A stretch of DNA of 64,000 bases, taken from positions 201,681-265,680 of IMG/VR virus record IMGVR_UViG_3300028393_000019. One strand, written 5' to 3'. The notes beneath the pieces are model-generated. The model made no database searches. It had not been told where the DNA came from and worked only from the letters and a program-made list of their open reading frames with translations. Position numbers and translations under genes: made by a program. Each line of letters opens with the position of its first letter. The first letter of the stretch is position 1. Of this stretch, positions 18,520-27,910 are shown one piece after another.

Positions 18520-18730
18520 AGACGATATTATAGAATTGACAGGTTCAGTAGAAGAAGTATTGCCAGGCAACATGTTTAGAGTTAAAGTTGAGAACATGCC
18601 CAACCCGTTGCTGTGTTACATGGGTGGCAAATTGAAGCAAAACAAAATTAGGATCATTCTGGGTGACAACGTTCGTTTAGAAGTTAGTCCATATGATCTT
18701 ACCAAGGGCAGAGTAACGTATAGGTTGTAA
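18512..18730 (+). CDS. infA: Translation initiation factor IF-1
   Basis: MAKDDIIELTGSVEEVLPGNMFRVKVEN...KIRIILGDNVRLEVSPYDLTKGRVTYR. Confidence 0.9.
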   Translation: MAKDDIIELTGSVEEVLPGNMFRVKVENMPNPLLCYMGGKLKQNKIRIILGDNVRLEVSPYDLTKGRVTYRL

Positions 18731-18732
18731 AT

Positions 18733-19395
18733 ATGAACATCATTCTCGAACGTGTGTATAATGTATGTAAAAAAGTTCGAGAAGATAGTCCCGAACAGAC
18801 CAATTTTAGAAACCTTATAGGTCGCACCCGCAACACATTCAAATTGCACAATTTTGATATTGCAATCAAAAGTAAAAAAGATAAAACTCTAGATCCAGAC
18901 AAATGGTATGTTGTGGCTTACTATGACAGTGAGAACGACTTCAATATGGACACTGCTATTGAAGTTGTGGTACAACACAATCTGCAAGGTACTGAACTAT
19001 TTGGCCCACATCAAGTAACCAGTTTCCTCACTGAAATATTTGATGCCACAGTGCATGAGTTCCGACATCAGTATCAAAGTATGCGCAGAGATCATAATCA
19101 GTACGGTGAGCATTTTGATACACCATATGAACTGTACCTTGCCGACGATGATGAGTTAGATGCGTATGCGTTTAGCATAGCCATTGAACTGCTACGTACT
19201 ATGGATGCTGAACGTGCCAAACGGCGTTTATCCAAAATCAGTGTGTTAAGTAAAATGCGTACAGGCGCCCAATATTCTAGCCCGCAGTTGAGAGCCTACA
19301 TCGGACATTTTGGGCTCAGCACTCTAACTAAAAAGTTAGCCAAAAAGGTCTATTTGCACCTACAAACTATTGACAAGCGATTTGTTTTCATGTAA
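18733..19395 (+). CDS. HExxH-containing protein (paralog of 27911-28636)
   Basis: VHEFRHQYQ...DDDELDAYAFSIA.EL. Confidence 0.6.
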   Translation: MNIILERVYNVCKKVREDSPEQTNFRNLIGRTRNTFKLHNFDIAIKSKKDKTLDPDKWYVVAYYDSENDFNMDTAIEVVVQHNLQGTELFGPHQVTSFLTEIFDATVHEFRHQYQSMRRDHNQYGEHFDTPYELYLADDDELDAYAFSIAIELLRTMDAERAKRRLSKISVLSKMRTGAQYSSPQLRAYIGHFGLSTLTKKLAKKVYLHLQTIDKRFVFM

Positions 19396-19398
19396 AAT
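19370..19398 (+). promoter_or_regulatory. Sigma70-type promoter
   Basis: TTGACA-N17-TAAAAT. Confidence 0.65.
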
Positions 19399-19424
19399 AA
19401 CTGTACAATGAAAGGGCGACCACT

Positions 19425-19676
19425 ATGAGTAAAGCGAAACATATTCCCAAACTATTTATTGACGGTGAAACTGCTGATCGTATTACAAGTTTAACGTTGA
19501 GAGACTACCGTGCGTATCTCAAGAAAGAATTAAAGCAGTGGAAGAAGAATCCCAAAAGTGATTCAAACCCAGACGGTTATTGGTTACATCCACACGATGT
19601 GGGACTCAATGTGCAAACCATTGCCGCATTGGATTTGATTATCAGTCATTATGCAGAAGTACCGGAGATCAACTGA
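19425..19676 (+). CDS. Hypothetical protein
   Basis: 83-aa ORF downstream of a promoter. Confidence 0.55.
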   Translation: MSKAKHIPKLFIDGETADRITSLTLRDYRAYLKKELKQWKKNPKSDSNPDGYWLHPHDVGLNVQTIAALDLIISHYAEVPEIN

Positions 19677-19897
19677 TGTACAAAACAATTTACACCGAAG
19701 TAGAAGTTGATGTTGACTTGAGTGAGTTTGATACAGATGATTTGATTGAAGAATTAGAGTCACGTGGGTCTGGTGTTATGGACTATGGTGACGGCAAGGA
19801 AGTGCTACAGTCCATATACGAAAAACGCAGGTTAGGGCAGGACTATCAACTAGAATTAGAAACATTGATCTATTTGGGATTAGGACGTATCATATGA
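19676..19897 (+). CDS. Conserved phage hypothetical protein
   Basis: ATG 19676 overlaps the upstream TGA; EVDVDLSEFDTDDLIEELESRG. Confidence 0.6.
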   Translation: MYKTIYTEVEVDVDLSEFDTDDLIEELESRGSGVMDYGDGKEVLQSIYEKRRLGQDYQLELETLIYLGLGRII

Positions 19898-20109
19898 ATC
19901 AATGGATCCTGATCATTGCAATGTACAGCCCCGGCGGAGACTTTATAGACAAAAACACTATTGAGTTTAGATCTAAAAAAGATTGTGAAGCAGTAAAAGT
20001 ACAGTTGGTGCAATTGGATAGTCCAATGCGTGTAAAGCATAAAGGGCTGTGTGTGACACGAGATCATTGGGAAGGCAAAAAGAAAATGCCCGGTGTTGAT
20101 TACGATTAA
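19894..20109 (+). CDS. Hypothetical protein
   Basis: 71 aa, ATGA overlap. Confidence 0.5.
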   Translation: MNQWILIIAMYSPGGDFIDKNTIEFRSKKDCEAVKVQLVQLDSPMRVKHKGLCVTRDHWEGKKKMPGVDYD

Positions 20110-20117
20110 GGAACGAT

Positions 20118-20723
20118 ATGAAACAAGAAAACGACGAGTACCTGTGCAAGGTTTACCCAAAGATGATGGTGAACCGCAACCGGGATATGAAAGAAACTTG
20201 CATGTGTTGGGGGTTTGAATGTGGTGATGGCTGGTTCCAAATCCTAAATCAACTTATGGGTAATATTCAGCATCACATTGATTGGAAGATTAGACAGCGT
20301 GAAGTCGCTATCAAATTTAATCAGATGGCTGAACAACTCAAAGCTGGTGACTCTACACTGTTCGATGAAGATATGAAAGACATGCTAAATCGAGATTACG
20401 TAGAAAAACGCAAGCAAGAACTTATTGAAGATCCCCTGCGTGAAATTCCTGCAGAGATTCCGCAAGTAACATTGGATCAGGTTAAAGAGAAGTTTGGTAC
20501 GCTACGCTTCTACTACACAGGTGGTGATGAATATATCTCTGGGCTGGTTAGCATGGCAGAATCTATGTCAGGTGTAACATGTGAAGAGTGTGGCAAGCCT
20601 GGCACACAGACTTCAGGTGGATGGATCAAGACAGTGTGCAAAGAGCACGGTGGTGTAGATTATGACACTCCGGAAGATGAACTGACAGAAGACCAATTAA
20701 TTAAACAAGGATTTGAACAATGA
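20118..20723 (+). CDS. Conserved phage hypothetical protein
   Basis: GFECGDGW...QVKEKFGTLRFY...CEECG motif common in phages. Confidence 0.65.
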   Translation: MKQENDEYLCKVYPKMMVNRNRDMKETCMCWGFECGDGWFQILNQLMGNIQHHIDWKIRQREVAIKFNQMAEQLKAGDSTLFDEDMKDMLNRDYVEKRKQELIEDPLREIPAEIPQVTLDQVKEKFGTLRFYYTGGDEYISGLVSMAESMSGVTCEECGKPGTQTSGGWIKTVCKEHGGVDYDTPEDELTEDQLIKQGFEQ

Positions 20724-21352
20724 TTACACTTAAAGAATGGATGGAACTAGTCGACTATAAGATTACCGAAGGTAGTGATTATGGTTGGGGTTGCTATGGC
20801 CCAAACAGCTTTACACTAGATTCATGGAATGGCGTTCATGGCAAAGGTGGATACAGTTTCAGTATTGTATTCTCAACCAAAAGCCAAAAGATTTATGAAG
20901 TCACTATGTGCGACTATACCAACGACCGTGCGTACAGAATGATCAATCCCAAGTTCCAAGAAAAACATCGCAAAGAAGCAGAGACTCGCGGTGTCAATCT
21001 GAACGAAGCATGGGATAGTGTTGACTACGTTGATTTGGATGTGTTAGACGACTTTGTCCAAAAAGCCCTAGCCATTCGGGCAGGGGAATCTTATGATACC
21101 CGTGTGCAAGTACAGGTTGACTTTTCGGATGAAGATCTGTTACAATATATGAAACTGGCACATGAACGTGACGTTACTTTCAATCAATTGATTGAAGAAG
21201 CACTGCGCAATGCTATTGAAGAAGTTGAGGCAGGACAGCTTACCAAAGAAGATGCCAAAAATTGGTTAGCAAGAAACGACTTGCCAAAATTTCCAACCGA
21301 CTATAAAATAGTAGACTACAAGATAGTAGACGACGATTCAACAGAGGACTAA
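20720..21352 (+). CDS. Hypothetical protein, possible C-terminal ribbon-helix-helix-like segment
   Basis: LAHERDVTFNQLIEEALR. Confidence 0.55.
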   Translation: MITLKEWMELVDYKITEGSDYGWGCYGPNSFTLDSWNGVHGKGGYSFSIVFSTKSQKIYEVTMCDYTNDRAYRMINPKFQEKHRKEAETRGVNLNEAWDSVDYVDLDVLDDFVQKALAIRAGESYDTRVQVQVDFSDEDLLQYMKLAHERDVTFNQLIEEALRNAIEEVEAGQLTKEDAKNWLARNDLPKFPTDYKIVDYKIVDDDSTED

Positions 21353-22213
21353 ATGAAAATTAAATTGGTGTCAGATCTCCATTTAGAGTTTGACGACATT
21401 AACATTCAAAATGATCAAGACTATGATGTGTTGATCCTAGGTGGCGATATTATGATCGCCCAGGATCTTCACGATCATCCAGAGTCAACTAATACTAGTG
21501 ATCAAGCGGCAATTGCCAACGGTACTGGCTTGGGCAAGCGTCAGCAACGAGCACAGCGATTCCGTGATTTTTTCAAGCGTTGTAGTTTTCAATTTCCTCA
21601 TGTGATCTACATCATGGGCAATCACGAATTTTACAATGGCAAGTTCTACGCCAGCGTTGATCATATGCGTGAAGAATGTGCCAAGCATCCCAACGTGTAT
21701 ATGTTGGAACAAGATACAAAGATCATCGATGATGTTGTGTTTGTAGGCGGAACACTTTGGACCAACATGAACCGGCGTGATCCGCTGACCATGCATGCCA
21801 TTGAAGGTATGATGAACGACTTCCGTATCATCCGCAACGACTTTAGAAGTTATGCTACTATGAGTGCGTTGGATGTGGCTATCCGCCACGACAAAACTTT
21901 GGCTTACATCAAGCACATTATCCAAGAACACAAGGACAAGAAGTGCGTTGTGGTGGGACATCATAGTCCCAGTTTCCAAAGTGTACACCCAATGTATGCT
22001 CACGAAACTTTGATGAACGGTGGATATCACAGCGACTTGAGTGAGTTCATTTTAGATCACCCACAGATTAAATTGTGGACACATGGTCACACGCATCATC
22101 CGTTTGATTATCAAATCGGTGAAACAAGAGTTGTATGTAACCCACGTGGTTACGAAAGTCCAGGCTACAGTGAAGACACTGGCTGGAACCCTAACATTTT
22201 ATTGGAGATTTAA
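21353..22213 (+). CDS. Calcineurin-like metallophosphoesterase
   Basis: SDLHLE, GGDI, GNHE, GHH, HGHTH. Confidence 0.85.
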   Translation: MKIKLVSDLHLEFDDINIQNDQDYDVLILGGDIMIAQDLHDHPESTNTSDQAAIANGTGLGKRQQRAQRFRDFFKRCSFQFPHVIYIMGNHEFYNGKFYASVDHMREECAKHPNVYMLEQDTKIIDDVVFVGGTLWTNMNRRDPLTMHAIEGMMNDFRIIRNDFRSYATMSALDVAIRHDKTLAYIKHIIQEHKDKKCVVVGHHSPSFQSVHPMYAHETLMNGGYHSDLSEFILDHPQIKLWTHGHTHHPFDYQIGETRVVCNPRGYESPGYSEDTGWNPNILLEI

Positions 22214-22387
22214 ATGACTGAAGAACTTAAAAACACAGTAACCGTTGCAGAAATGCTACGAACCACTGGCAAAAACACAGCCGAGTTTATGGAACAAGTG
22301 GCTTCCCATATTGAGAAATTAGAGGAAGGCATTGTACAGTTGCAGGCTCGAGTGTCTGGATTAGAGAACGCATCCAAATCAGAATGA
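22214..22387 (+). CDS. Small coiled-coil protein (not in ORF track)
   Basis: 57 aa MTEELKNTV...IEKLEEGIVQLQARVSGLEN; abuts the upstream stop and overlaps the next ATG. Confidence 0.55.
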   Translation: MTEELKNTVTVAEMLRTTGKNTAEFMEQVASHIEKLEEGIVQLQARVSGLENASKSE

Positions 22388-22794
22388 AGTTCTTTGAACC
22401 TCTTCGTGACGATCTGATGGTGCAACAACAGATCAACAATGCCTGGGAACATATGGTGGGTGTCATCATGCTTAACCAAACTGGTCGCAAACCAGTCAAG
22501 ATGACCTTACCAGAATTCCTTTATTGGTTTCCTACCCCGCAGGCCTTGCTCAACGCTGACGAGGACTTTGTCAAAACGATTTTGGCTCCTTTGGGCATGC
22601 TGAATGTGCGTTATCAAAGATTGATTGGAATGAGTCGAGATTACTTGACTTGGGACGGAGAAGATGCTACAATGTTGTATGGCATTGGCAAGTACGGCAG
22701 TGACAGTTATGAAATATTTTTTAAACGCAACTATGCGGTCGAGCCCAAAGACAAAGAGCTTGTCCGTTATCTACGGGAGGAAGTAAATGTTTGA
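22384..22794 (+). CDS. HhH-GPD DNA glycosylase (MBD4-like)
   Basis: IMLNQT, LYGIGKYGSDSYEIF (HhH hairpin plus catalytic Asp). Confidence 0.75.
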   Translation: MKFFEPLRDDLMVQQQINNAWEHMVGVIMLNQTGRKPVKMTLPEFLYWFPTPQALLNADEDFVKTILAPLGMLNVRYQRLIGMSRDYLTWDGEDATMLYGIGKYGSDSYEIFFKRNYAVEPKDKELVRYLREEVNV

Positions 22795-23188
22795 CTGTTT
22801 AATTGTAGGAGATAGTATTGGAGTTGGCGTTGCCAACATTCGCAAAGAATGTGTAGCCTATGTTAAAGGTGGAATCAATTCTAAGCAGTGGTTGGATAAG
22901 AATATCCAAAATACTCCGCTGATTGCTAGCCATGTGATCATATCGCTTGGCTCAAATGATCATCAGTATATTAAAACTGAACAAGAGTTACGCACTATTA
23001 GACAGCTGACCAAAGCTGATCGAGTTTACTGGGTTATGCCCAGTAACAAGTTTCCAGTACAGCGTGATGCTATTTGGCGAATCGCAAATGAATATCACGA
23101 TACCGTACTTAAAACTGAACGTATGCAAGCAGACAACGTTCATCCAAGTTGGGCAGGTTATAAAGAAATTGCAGAGGCATCAAAATGA
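22787..23188 (+). CDS. SGNH/GDSL hydrolase
   Basis: VGDSIG, ISLGSND, DNVHPSWAGY. Confidence 0.7.
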   Translation: MFDCLIVGDSIGVGVANIRKECVAYVKGGINSKQWLDKNIQNTPLIASHVIISLGSNDHQYIKTEQELRTIRQLTKADRVYWVMPSNKFPVQRDAIWRIANEYHDTVLKTERMQADNVHPSWAGYKEIAEASK

Positions 23189-23625
23189 AAATCGGACTAA
23201 GTTATAGTCGTTGTGTTCGAGATATTGTAGACGGCAAGGTAGACATCGACGATGTGCTAGTCTTAATTACTCGTACGGATTTTGATCCGCACGATGACGA
23301 ACAATGGTCGGGCATTTGGATTGGATACGGTGGCGGTACTGACAATGCTTACAGTAGCGGCTTCTTTAGCCAATCCAATCCAGAATGGGCAGGTTACCAC
23401 GACGAGGATCAATTCCGTAGTGTCAGCATTGAACTTTGGGAGTCTGGCAAGATGCATCAGCCCCGTAAGTTTGGCGCACACCCAAAACGCCGTCCAGAAA
23501 TTTGGCTAGAAGCTGTGTTGCCCAGCAGTGAATTGGCAAACAATCCTGCCGCAAAGACCGCTTGGGATAAATTCCAAACAGTGGCAGGCCTCACTAATGT
23601 AGAACTTAATGACAAATACCAATGA
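23185..23625 (+). CDS. Conserved phage hypothetical protein
   Basis: 146-aa ORF, operon-coupled. Confidence 0.55.
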   Translation: MKIGLSYSRCVRDIVDGKVDIDDVLVLITRTDFDPHDDEQWSGIWIGYGGGTDNAYSSGFFSQSNPEWAGYHDEDQFRSVSIELWESGKMHQPRKFGAHPKRRPEIWLEAVLPSSELANNPAAKTAWDKFQTVAGLTNVELNDKYQ

Positions 23626-24026
23626 AACTTTTACCTGCACTTTTGGTTATCTTGCTGGCGGGTTGCAATAACTCGCCCATTCCTGTGGCTACAGCAGAGC
23701 CCATTCAAGAAGCACGGGTAGACAAGCCGCAAGGTTGCGTTATAGATACCAGCACTCGTTTGGTTACTCAACACCGAGTTGGCAACATCACAAACTTAAC
23801 CAAAGAAGAAGTAGCCAACGGTTGGGAAAACTCATGCACTGTGCATTTTGATATAGAAGTCAATGGTGTTGTGCATCATTTGGACGAAACCGAAAAGGGA
23901 CTTGAACAAATGGCCAGTATCTGCTACTATGCCAAACAAAAGGCAAGAGAGAATCTATTGCTGGGATTGGGTGGTGAATTCAAGAGTGAAGCCAAAATCG
24001 ATTGTGTTATTAAAGATCGAGGTTGA
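23622..24026 (+). CDS. Lipoprotein
   Basis: Lipobox LAGC after a hydrophobic leader. Confidence 0.65.
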   Translation: MKLLPALLVILLAGCNNSPIPVATAEPIQEARVDKPQGCVIDTSTRLVTQHRVGNITNLTKEEVANGWENSCTVHFDIEVNGVVHHLDETEKGLEQMASICYYAKQKARENLLLGLGGEFKSEAKIDCVIKDRG

Positions 24027-24051
24027 CATTCCAGTCTAACTGCTGTATAAT
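24023..24051 (+). promoter_or_regulatory. Consensus sigma70 promoter
   Basis: TTGACA-N17-TATAAT. Confidence 0.85.
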
Positions 24052-24089
24052 AGTAACATGTTCAACAAACACACACAGAAAGGTTTAAT

Positions 24090-24218
24090 ATGTTGAAGTA
24101 CATTGTGGTTTTTATCGCAGGCGGTATTTTCTTTACAGTTGGGTTTGGCGGTGTTGCTCGCATGCTGGACAAAGGCGTAGACACAGTTAAAACACAATCA
24201 GTGGAGTTGGCAAAATGA
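24090..24218 (+). CDS. Small membrane protein (not in ORF track)
   Basis: 42 aa MLKYIVVFIAGGIFFTVGFGGVARMLDKGVDTVK...; GAAAGG RBS. Confidence 0.6.
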   Translation: MLKYIVVFIAGGIFFTVGFGGVARMLDKGVDTVKTQSVELAK

Positions 24219-24364
24219 ACCAATACAGAATCAAAAATATCATGTGGACAGTTATCATTATGACATTCTTGATGCTGTTCCTACTCAGTGGTTGTAGCAC
24301 AGTTTCAGGTATTGGCAAAGACATTTCGTCAACTGCCGAATGGACTAAGGAAAAAATGAAATGA
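24215..24364 (+). CDS. Entericidin EcnA/B-like small lipoprotein (not in ORF track)
   Basis: 49 aa, LSGC lipobox then STVSGIGKDISS, matching the entericidin C-x-T-V-x-G-x-G-x-D-I pattern. Confidence 0.6.
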   Translation: MNQYRIKNIMWTVIIMTFLMLFLLSGCSTVSGIGKDISSTAEWTKEKMK

Positions 24365-24912
24365 AAAAGACTCTATTACTATTACCCATTGTTGCTGTCT
24401 TAGCCGCTTGTGGTACAACTGATGTGTATCAAAAACGTGCTGATCAAGAACGTGAACGCCAAGAACGATATGTTGAACGTGCTATCGACAAGGCTCCGGA
24501 TTGGATGACCAAAGTTCCATTGAGTAACAGTGCAGTGTTTGAAGCTGGCTCTGCGGTAAGTGGAGACTTTAGCATGGCAGACATCAAAGCCAAAGCAGAT
24601 GCCTATGGCAAGATCTGTATGCTGGCAGGTGGTACTGCAACGCAACAAACCAAGATCTATCGTACAGACTCGGCCGTTGCCAGCACTGAAATGAGCGAAA
24701 TGGCTCTGCGTACAAACTGCAAGGAAGTTGACCTTACTGGTGTAGAAGTACGTGACATCAAGCGCATCGCAGAAGGTGGACGCTTTCGTGTGTTCGTTCT
24801 AGTTGCTTTGCCCACAGGTGATGCCAATCTTTTGAAGAAGGCCAAACTGGCACAGGCTCAACAAGATTTTGCTACTAAACGTGCTCCGGAAGCATTTAAA
24901 GAACTTAACTAA
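24361..24912 (+). CDS. Lipoprotein (LPP20-like)
   Basis: Lipobox LAAC; APDWM...GSAVS.D..MA..KA. Confidence 0.6.
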   Translation: MKKTLLLLPIVAVLAACGTTDVYQKRADQERERQERYVERAIDKAPDWMTKVPLSNSAVFEAGSAVSGDFSMADIKAKADAYGKICMLAGGTATQQTKIYRTDSAVASTEMSEMALRTNCKEVDLTGVEVRDIKRIAEGGRFRVFVLVALPTGDANLLKKAKLAQAQQDFATKRAPEAFKELN

Positions 24913-24923
24913 AAGGAAAAAAT

Positions 24924-25622
24924 ATGTTTGGAACAAATTATTCAGCTGACGGAATCGTTAGTTATCGTTCGGCAGGCGAAGTCAATCAAGCTATGGGCCG
25001 TGTGTACGGTTACATGGGGCTTGCCACACTGGTAAGTATGCTGGTCAGTTTCTTCGTAGGAACTGATCCAGAACTTGTGAAGTTTTTCTTTACAGGTGCA
25101 ATGCATTGGGTAGTAATTTTTGCCCCACTAGTTGCTGTATTTGGAATTAGCATTGCACTCAACGCTAATCCTCCAAAAGAAACTGCTGTACTATTGTTGG
25201 CAGGCTTTGCGGCCATTATGGGATTGAGCTTTGCTGTAATCTTTGCTGTCTATACTATGGCTAGTATCTTTAGTGCGTTCATGGGTGCCAGTGTGTTGTT
25301 TGGAACTATGAGCTTCTATGGATACTTTACCAAGAAAGATTTGGACAGTCTAGGTAAGTTTATGTTTGTGGGATTGATTGCTATTATCATTGCCAGCATT
25401 ATCAATATCTTTATCGGTAGCTCAGTAATGCAGATGGTTATCTCAGCCCTGGCTATCGTAATCTTCATGGGTCTAACTGCTTACGACACACAGCAGATTC
25501 GTGAAATGGTCAGTACCGATTCTAGCCCTGCCGCAGAAGTGATAGGTGCGTTAACTCTGTACTTGGATTTTATCAATATCTTCCTCAGTTTGCTACAGTT
25601 GTTCGGAGACAAGAAAGACTAA
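24924..25622 (+). CDS. Bax inhibitor-1/YccA family membrane protein
   Basis: About 7 TM segments; LTAYDTQQI, ALTLYLDFINIFLSLL. Confidence 0.9.
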   Translation: MFGTNYSADGIVSYRSAGEVNQAMGRVYGYMGLATLVSMLVSFFVGTDPELVKFFFTGAMHWVVIFAPLVAVFGISIALNANPPKETAVLLLAGFAAIMGLSFAVIFAVYTMASIFSAFMGASVLFGTMSFYGYFTKKDLDSLGKFMFVGLIAIIIASIINIFIGSSVMQMVISALAIVIFMGLTAYDTQQIREMVSTDSSPAAEVIGALTLYLDFINIFLSLLQLFGDKKD

Positions 25623-25623
25623 T

Positions 25624-26076
25624 ATGAAGTTGTTTGAACGCTCAGGCGGGTATTGGTTGTTTTGGTGGAGTGCTGTTTACTTCATCATTGGCATGCTAGA
25701 TCTCTTTGTGCTCAAAACAGATTTGTTTCCATTGACACAGTTAGCATGGTTATGTATAATTGCATTACCGTTGGTTTGTAATCCGCTGGCTCGCTGGCTC
25801 AATATGAAAGAAAATACCATGTTTGATTTGTTTAAGAAAAATAAAATGCCAAAAAATGTAGTACCGTTTCCTGCTCCTCGAGCCGTAGCACCAGTTGAAC
25901 CGCCTGCTCCTAAAGAAAAGGATCCAACTACATACTACGAAATTGGGCATACCTCTGACAACCGTGTATCTCTAAAAATGGGTTATACCACACTTACTAT
26001 GAACTATCAAGGTGTTCAAAATCTTATAGATCAGCTGGAGTTATATCAAAGCCAATTACACCAGGAAACAGAATGA
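25624..26076 (+). CDS. Membrane-anchored hypothetical protein
   Basis: Two N-terminal hydrophobic segments, Pro-rich linker. Confidence 0.55.
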   Translation: MKLFERSGGYWLFWWSAVYFIIGMLDLFVLKTDLFPLTQLAWLCIIALPLVCNPLARWLNMKENTMFDLFKKNKMPKNVVPFPAPRAVAPVEPPAPKEKDPTTYYEIGHTSDNRVSLKMGYTTLTMNYQGVQNLIDQLELYQSQLHQETE

Positions 26077-26360
26077 AATTTAGAAAAAAACCCGTAGTGA
26101 TCGAAGCAGTTCGATTTATCTATGATGAACAGGGAATGATTGCTGTCAAATCTTTTTGTGGCACAGCATTGGGTAATGTGAGCAAGGATCGTCATCCTAG
26201 CGCACTAGCAGAAGCAGAAATTGGAACATTGGAAGATGGTGTTCATTTGACTGTGAAACACATTGCCACAGAAGGGGATTGGATTATCAAAGGTGTGCAG
26301 GGCGAGTTCTATGCTTGCAAGCCAGACATCTTTGAACAAACATACGAGCCAGCAGAATGA
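26073..26360 (+). CDS. Conserved phage protein (PGDYG-like)
   Basis: MKFRKKPVVIEA...GDWIIKGVQGEFYACKPDIFEQTY. Confidence 0.75.
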   Translation: MKFRKKPVVIEAVRFIYDEQGMIAVKSFCGTALGNVSKDRHPSALAEAEIGTLEDGVHLTVKHIATEGDWIIKGVQGEFYACKPDIFEQTYEPAE

Positions 26361-26734
26361 CCAATCCATTTAGAGATCAAGAAAAGTTTATGAAAGCCTG
26401 TGATCAAGTCGCAGGTGGTGAGTTTAATCGAGATCAGTTTGCAATGTATCTCAGACTCATTGAAGAAGAATACAAAGAGCTTTGGGAAGCTGTCAACAAC
26501 AATAATCAGTTAGAAACGTTAGATGCACTTATAGATATTCTAGTAGTCACTATCGGTGCCATTCATAGTACAGGTAGCGATGCCGAGGGTGCATGGAAAG
26601 AAGTTATGCGCACTAACTTTGCCAAGATCGATCACGAAACAGGCAAGGTGCGCAAGCGTGAAGACGGCAAGGTTCTAAAGCCAATTGGCTGGACTCCGCC
26701 AGAATTAAAACAATTTATTAAGGAACAATTATGA
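26357..26734 (+). CDS. MazG-like/all-alpha NTP pyrophosphohydrolase
   Basis: LIEEEYKEL, ETLDALIDIL, EVMRTNFAK, DGKVLKP. Confidence 0.75.
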   Translation: MTNPFRDQEKFMKACDQVAGGEFNRDQFAMYLRLIEEEYKELWEAVNNNNQLETLDALIDILVVTIGAIHSTGSDAEGAWKEVMRTNFAKIDHETGKVRKREDGKVLKPIGWTPPELKQFIKEQL

Positions 26735-27258
26735 CACAACTAGTACCAAATGTAACATTTGCATTTCGCCAAGGCGATCTAGCACCCGAGGGCGGTGGTT
26801 GCCCAATCGGTGGAGAATTTGTATTCAAGACTACAGCAGAGCTGTTTGACAACAAGCGAGTAGTGGTATTCAGCTTGCCGGGAGCATTTACCCCAACTTG
26901 TTCAACATACCAACTACCCGGCTTTGAAGAGCAGTATGAAGACTTTAGAGCACAAGGTATTGATGATATCTATTGTGTCAGTGTTAATGATGCGTTCGTT
27001 ATGAACGAGTGGGCTCGTAGTTTGAACATTCAAAATGTACATCCTATTCCAGACGGAGCAGGAGTGTTTACAGAAGGTATGGGCATGTTGATAGATATGA
27101 GTGCAATTGGTTTTGGAAAACGCAGTCGCCGTTATGCGGCCATCATCGATAATGGGCAAGTACAGCACATGTTCATCGAACCCGAAGCTAGCGACACTGA
27201 TCCAGATCCCTACGGCGTATCAAGCCCAGAAAACGTAATGAAGCATCTTAAAGGATAA
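26731..27258 (+). CDS. Peroxiredoxin (Prx5-like)
   Basis: [28 protein letters not shown]. Confidence 0.9.
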   Translation: MTQLVPNVTFAFRQGDLAPEGGGCPIGGEFVFKTTAELFDNKRVVVFSLPGAFTPTCSTYQLPGFEEQYEDFRAQGIDDIYCVSVNDAFVMNEWARSLNIQNVHPIPDGAGVFTEGMGMLIDMSAIGFGKRSRRYAAIIDNGQVQHMFIEPEASDTDPDPYGVSSPENVMKHLKG

Positions 27259-27260
27259 AA

Positions 27261-27851
27261 ATGCCAAACCTAGTACCAATGGTGATCGAGCAAGAAGCTC
27301 GTGGAGAACGTAGTTATGATATTTACAGTCGCTTGCTCAAGGACCGTATTGTTATGCTGGACACAGATGTTAATGAACATTCGGCAAGTTTGCTGGTAGC
27401 ACAGCTACTATTTTTGGAGAGTCAAGGAAATGAAGACATTACTTTTTTCATCAATAGTCCTGGGGGTGTGGTTACTGCCGGCATGGCTATCTATGACACA
27501 ATGCAATTTATTAAACCAGACGTCTGTACCGTCGTTATGGGTCAGGCTTGCAGTATGGGTTCCTTGCTCGCTACTGCTGGGGCTCCTGGCAAACGCAAAA
27601 TGCTTCCAAACGCTCGCCACATGATTCACCAGCCAAGCGGTGGTGCAGGTGGACAAGCTACAGACATGGAAATCCAAGTAAACGAAATCATTAAAATGAA
27701 AAAGAACTTGACCCAAATTTATGTAGACCATAACAGCAAGGGCAAGACGTTTGAGCAGTTCCACTCTGCTATGGAACGTGATAACTTTATGAGTGCGCAA
27801 GAAGCACTAGATTTTGGATTAATTGACGAGATCATAACAAAACGCCCATAA
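27261..27851 (+). CDS. clpP: ATP-dependent Clp protease proteolytic subunit
   Basis: [25 protein letters not shown] (Ser), HQP (His), ERD (Asp). Confidence 0.95.
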   Translation: MPNLVPMVIEQEARGERSYDIYSRLLKDRIVMLDTDVNEHSASLLVAQLLFLESQGNEDITFFINSPGGVVTAGMAIYDTMQFIKPDVCTVVMGQACSMGSLLATAGAPGKRKMLPNARHMIHQPSGGAGGQATDMEIQVNEIIKMKKNLTQIYVDHNSKGKTFEQFHSAMERDNFMSAQEALDFGLIDEIITKRP

Positions 27852-27882
27852 AGTGCGTATATAATTGGTTGCTGTAGTAAAC

Positions 27883-27890
27883 TATAAATA
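27883..27890 (+). promoter_or_regulatory. T4-type late promoter TATAAATA
   Basis: Exact box 20 nt upstream of ATG 27911, with GGAG in between. Confidence 0.6.
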
Positions 27891-27910
27891 GCTATGTCTA
27901 GGAGTTTACT

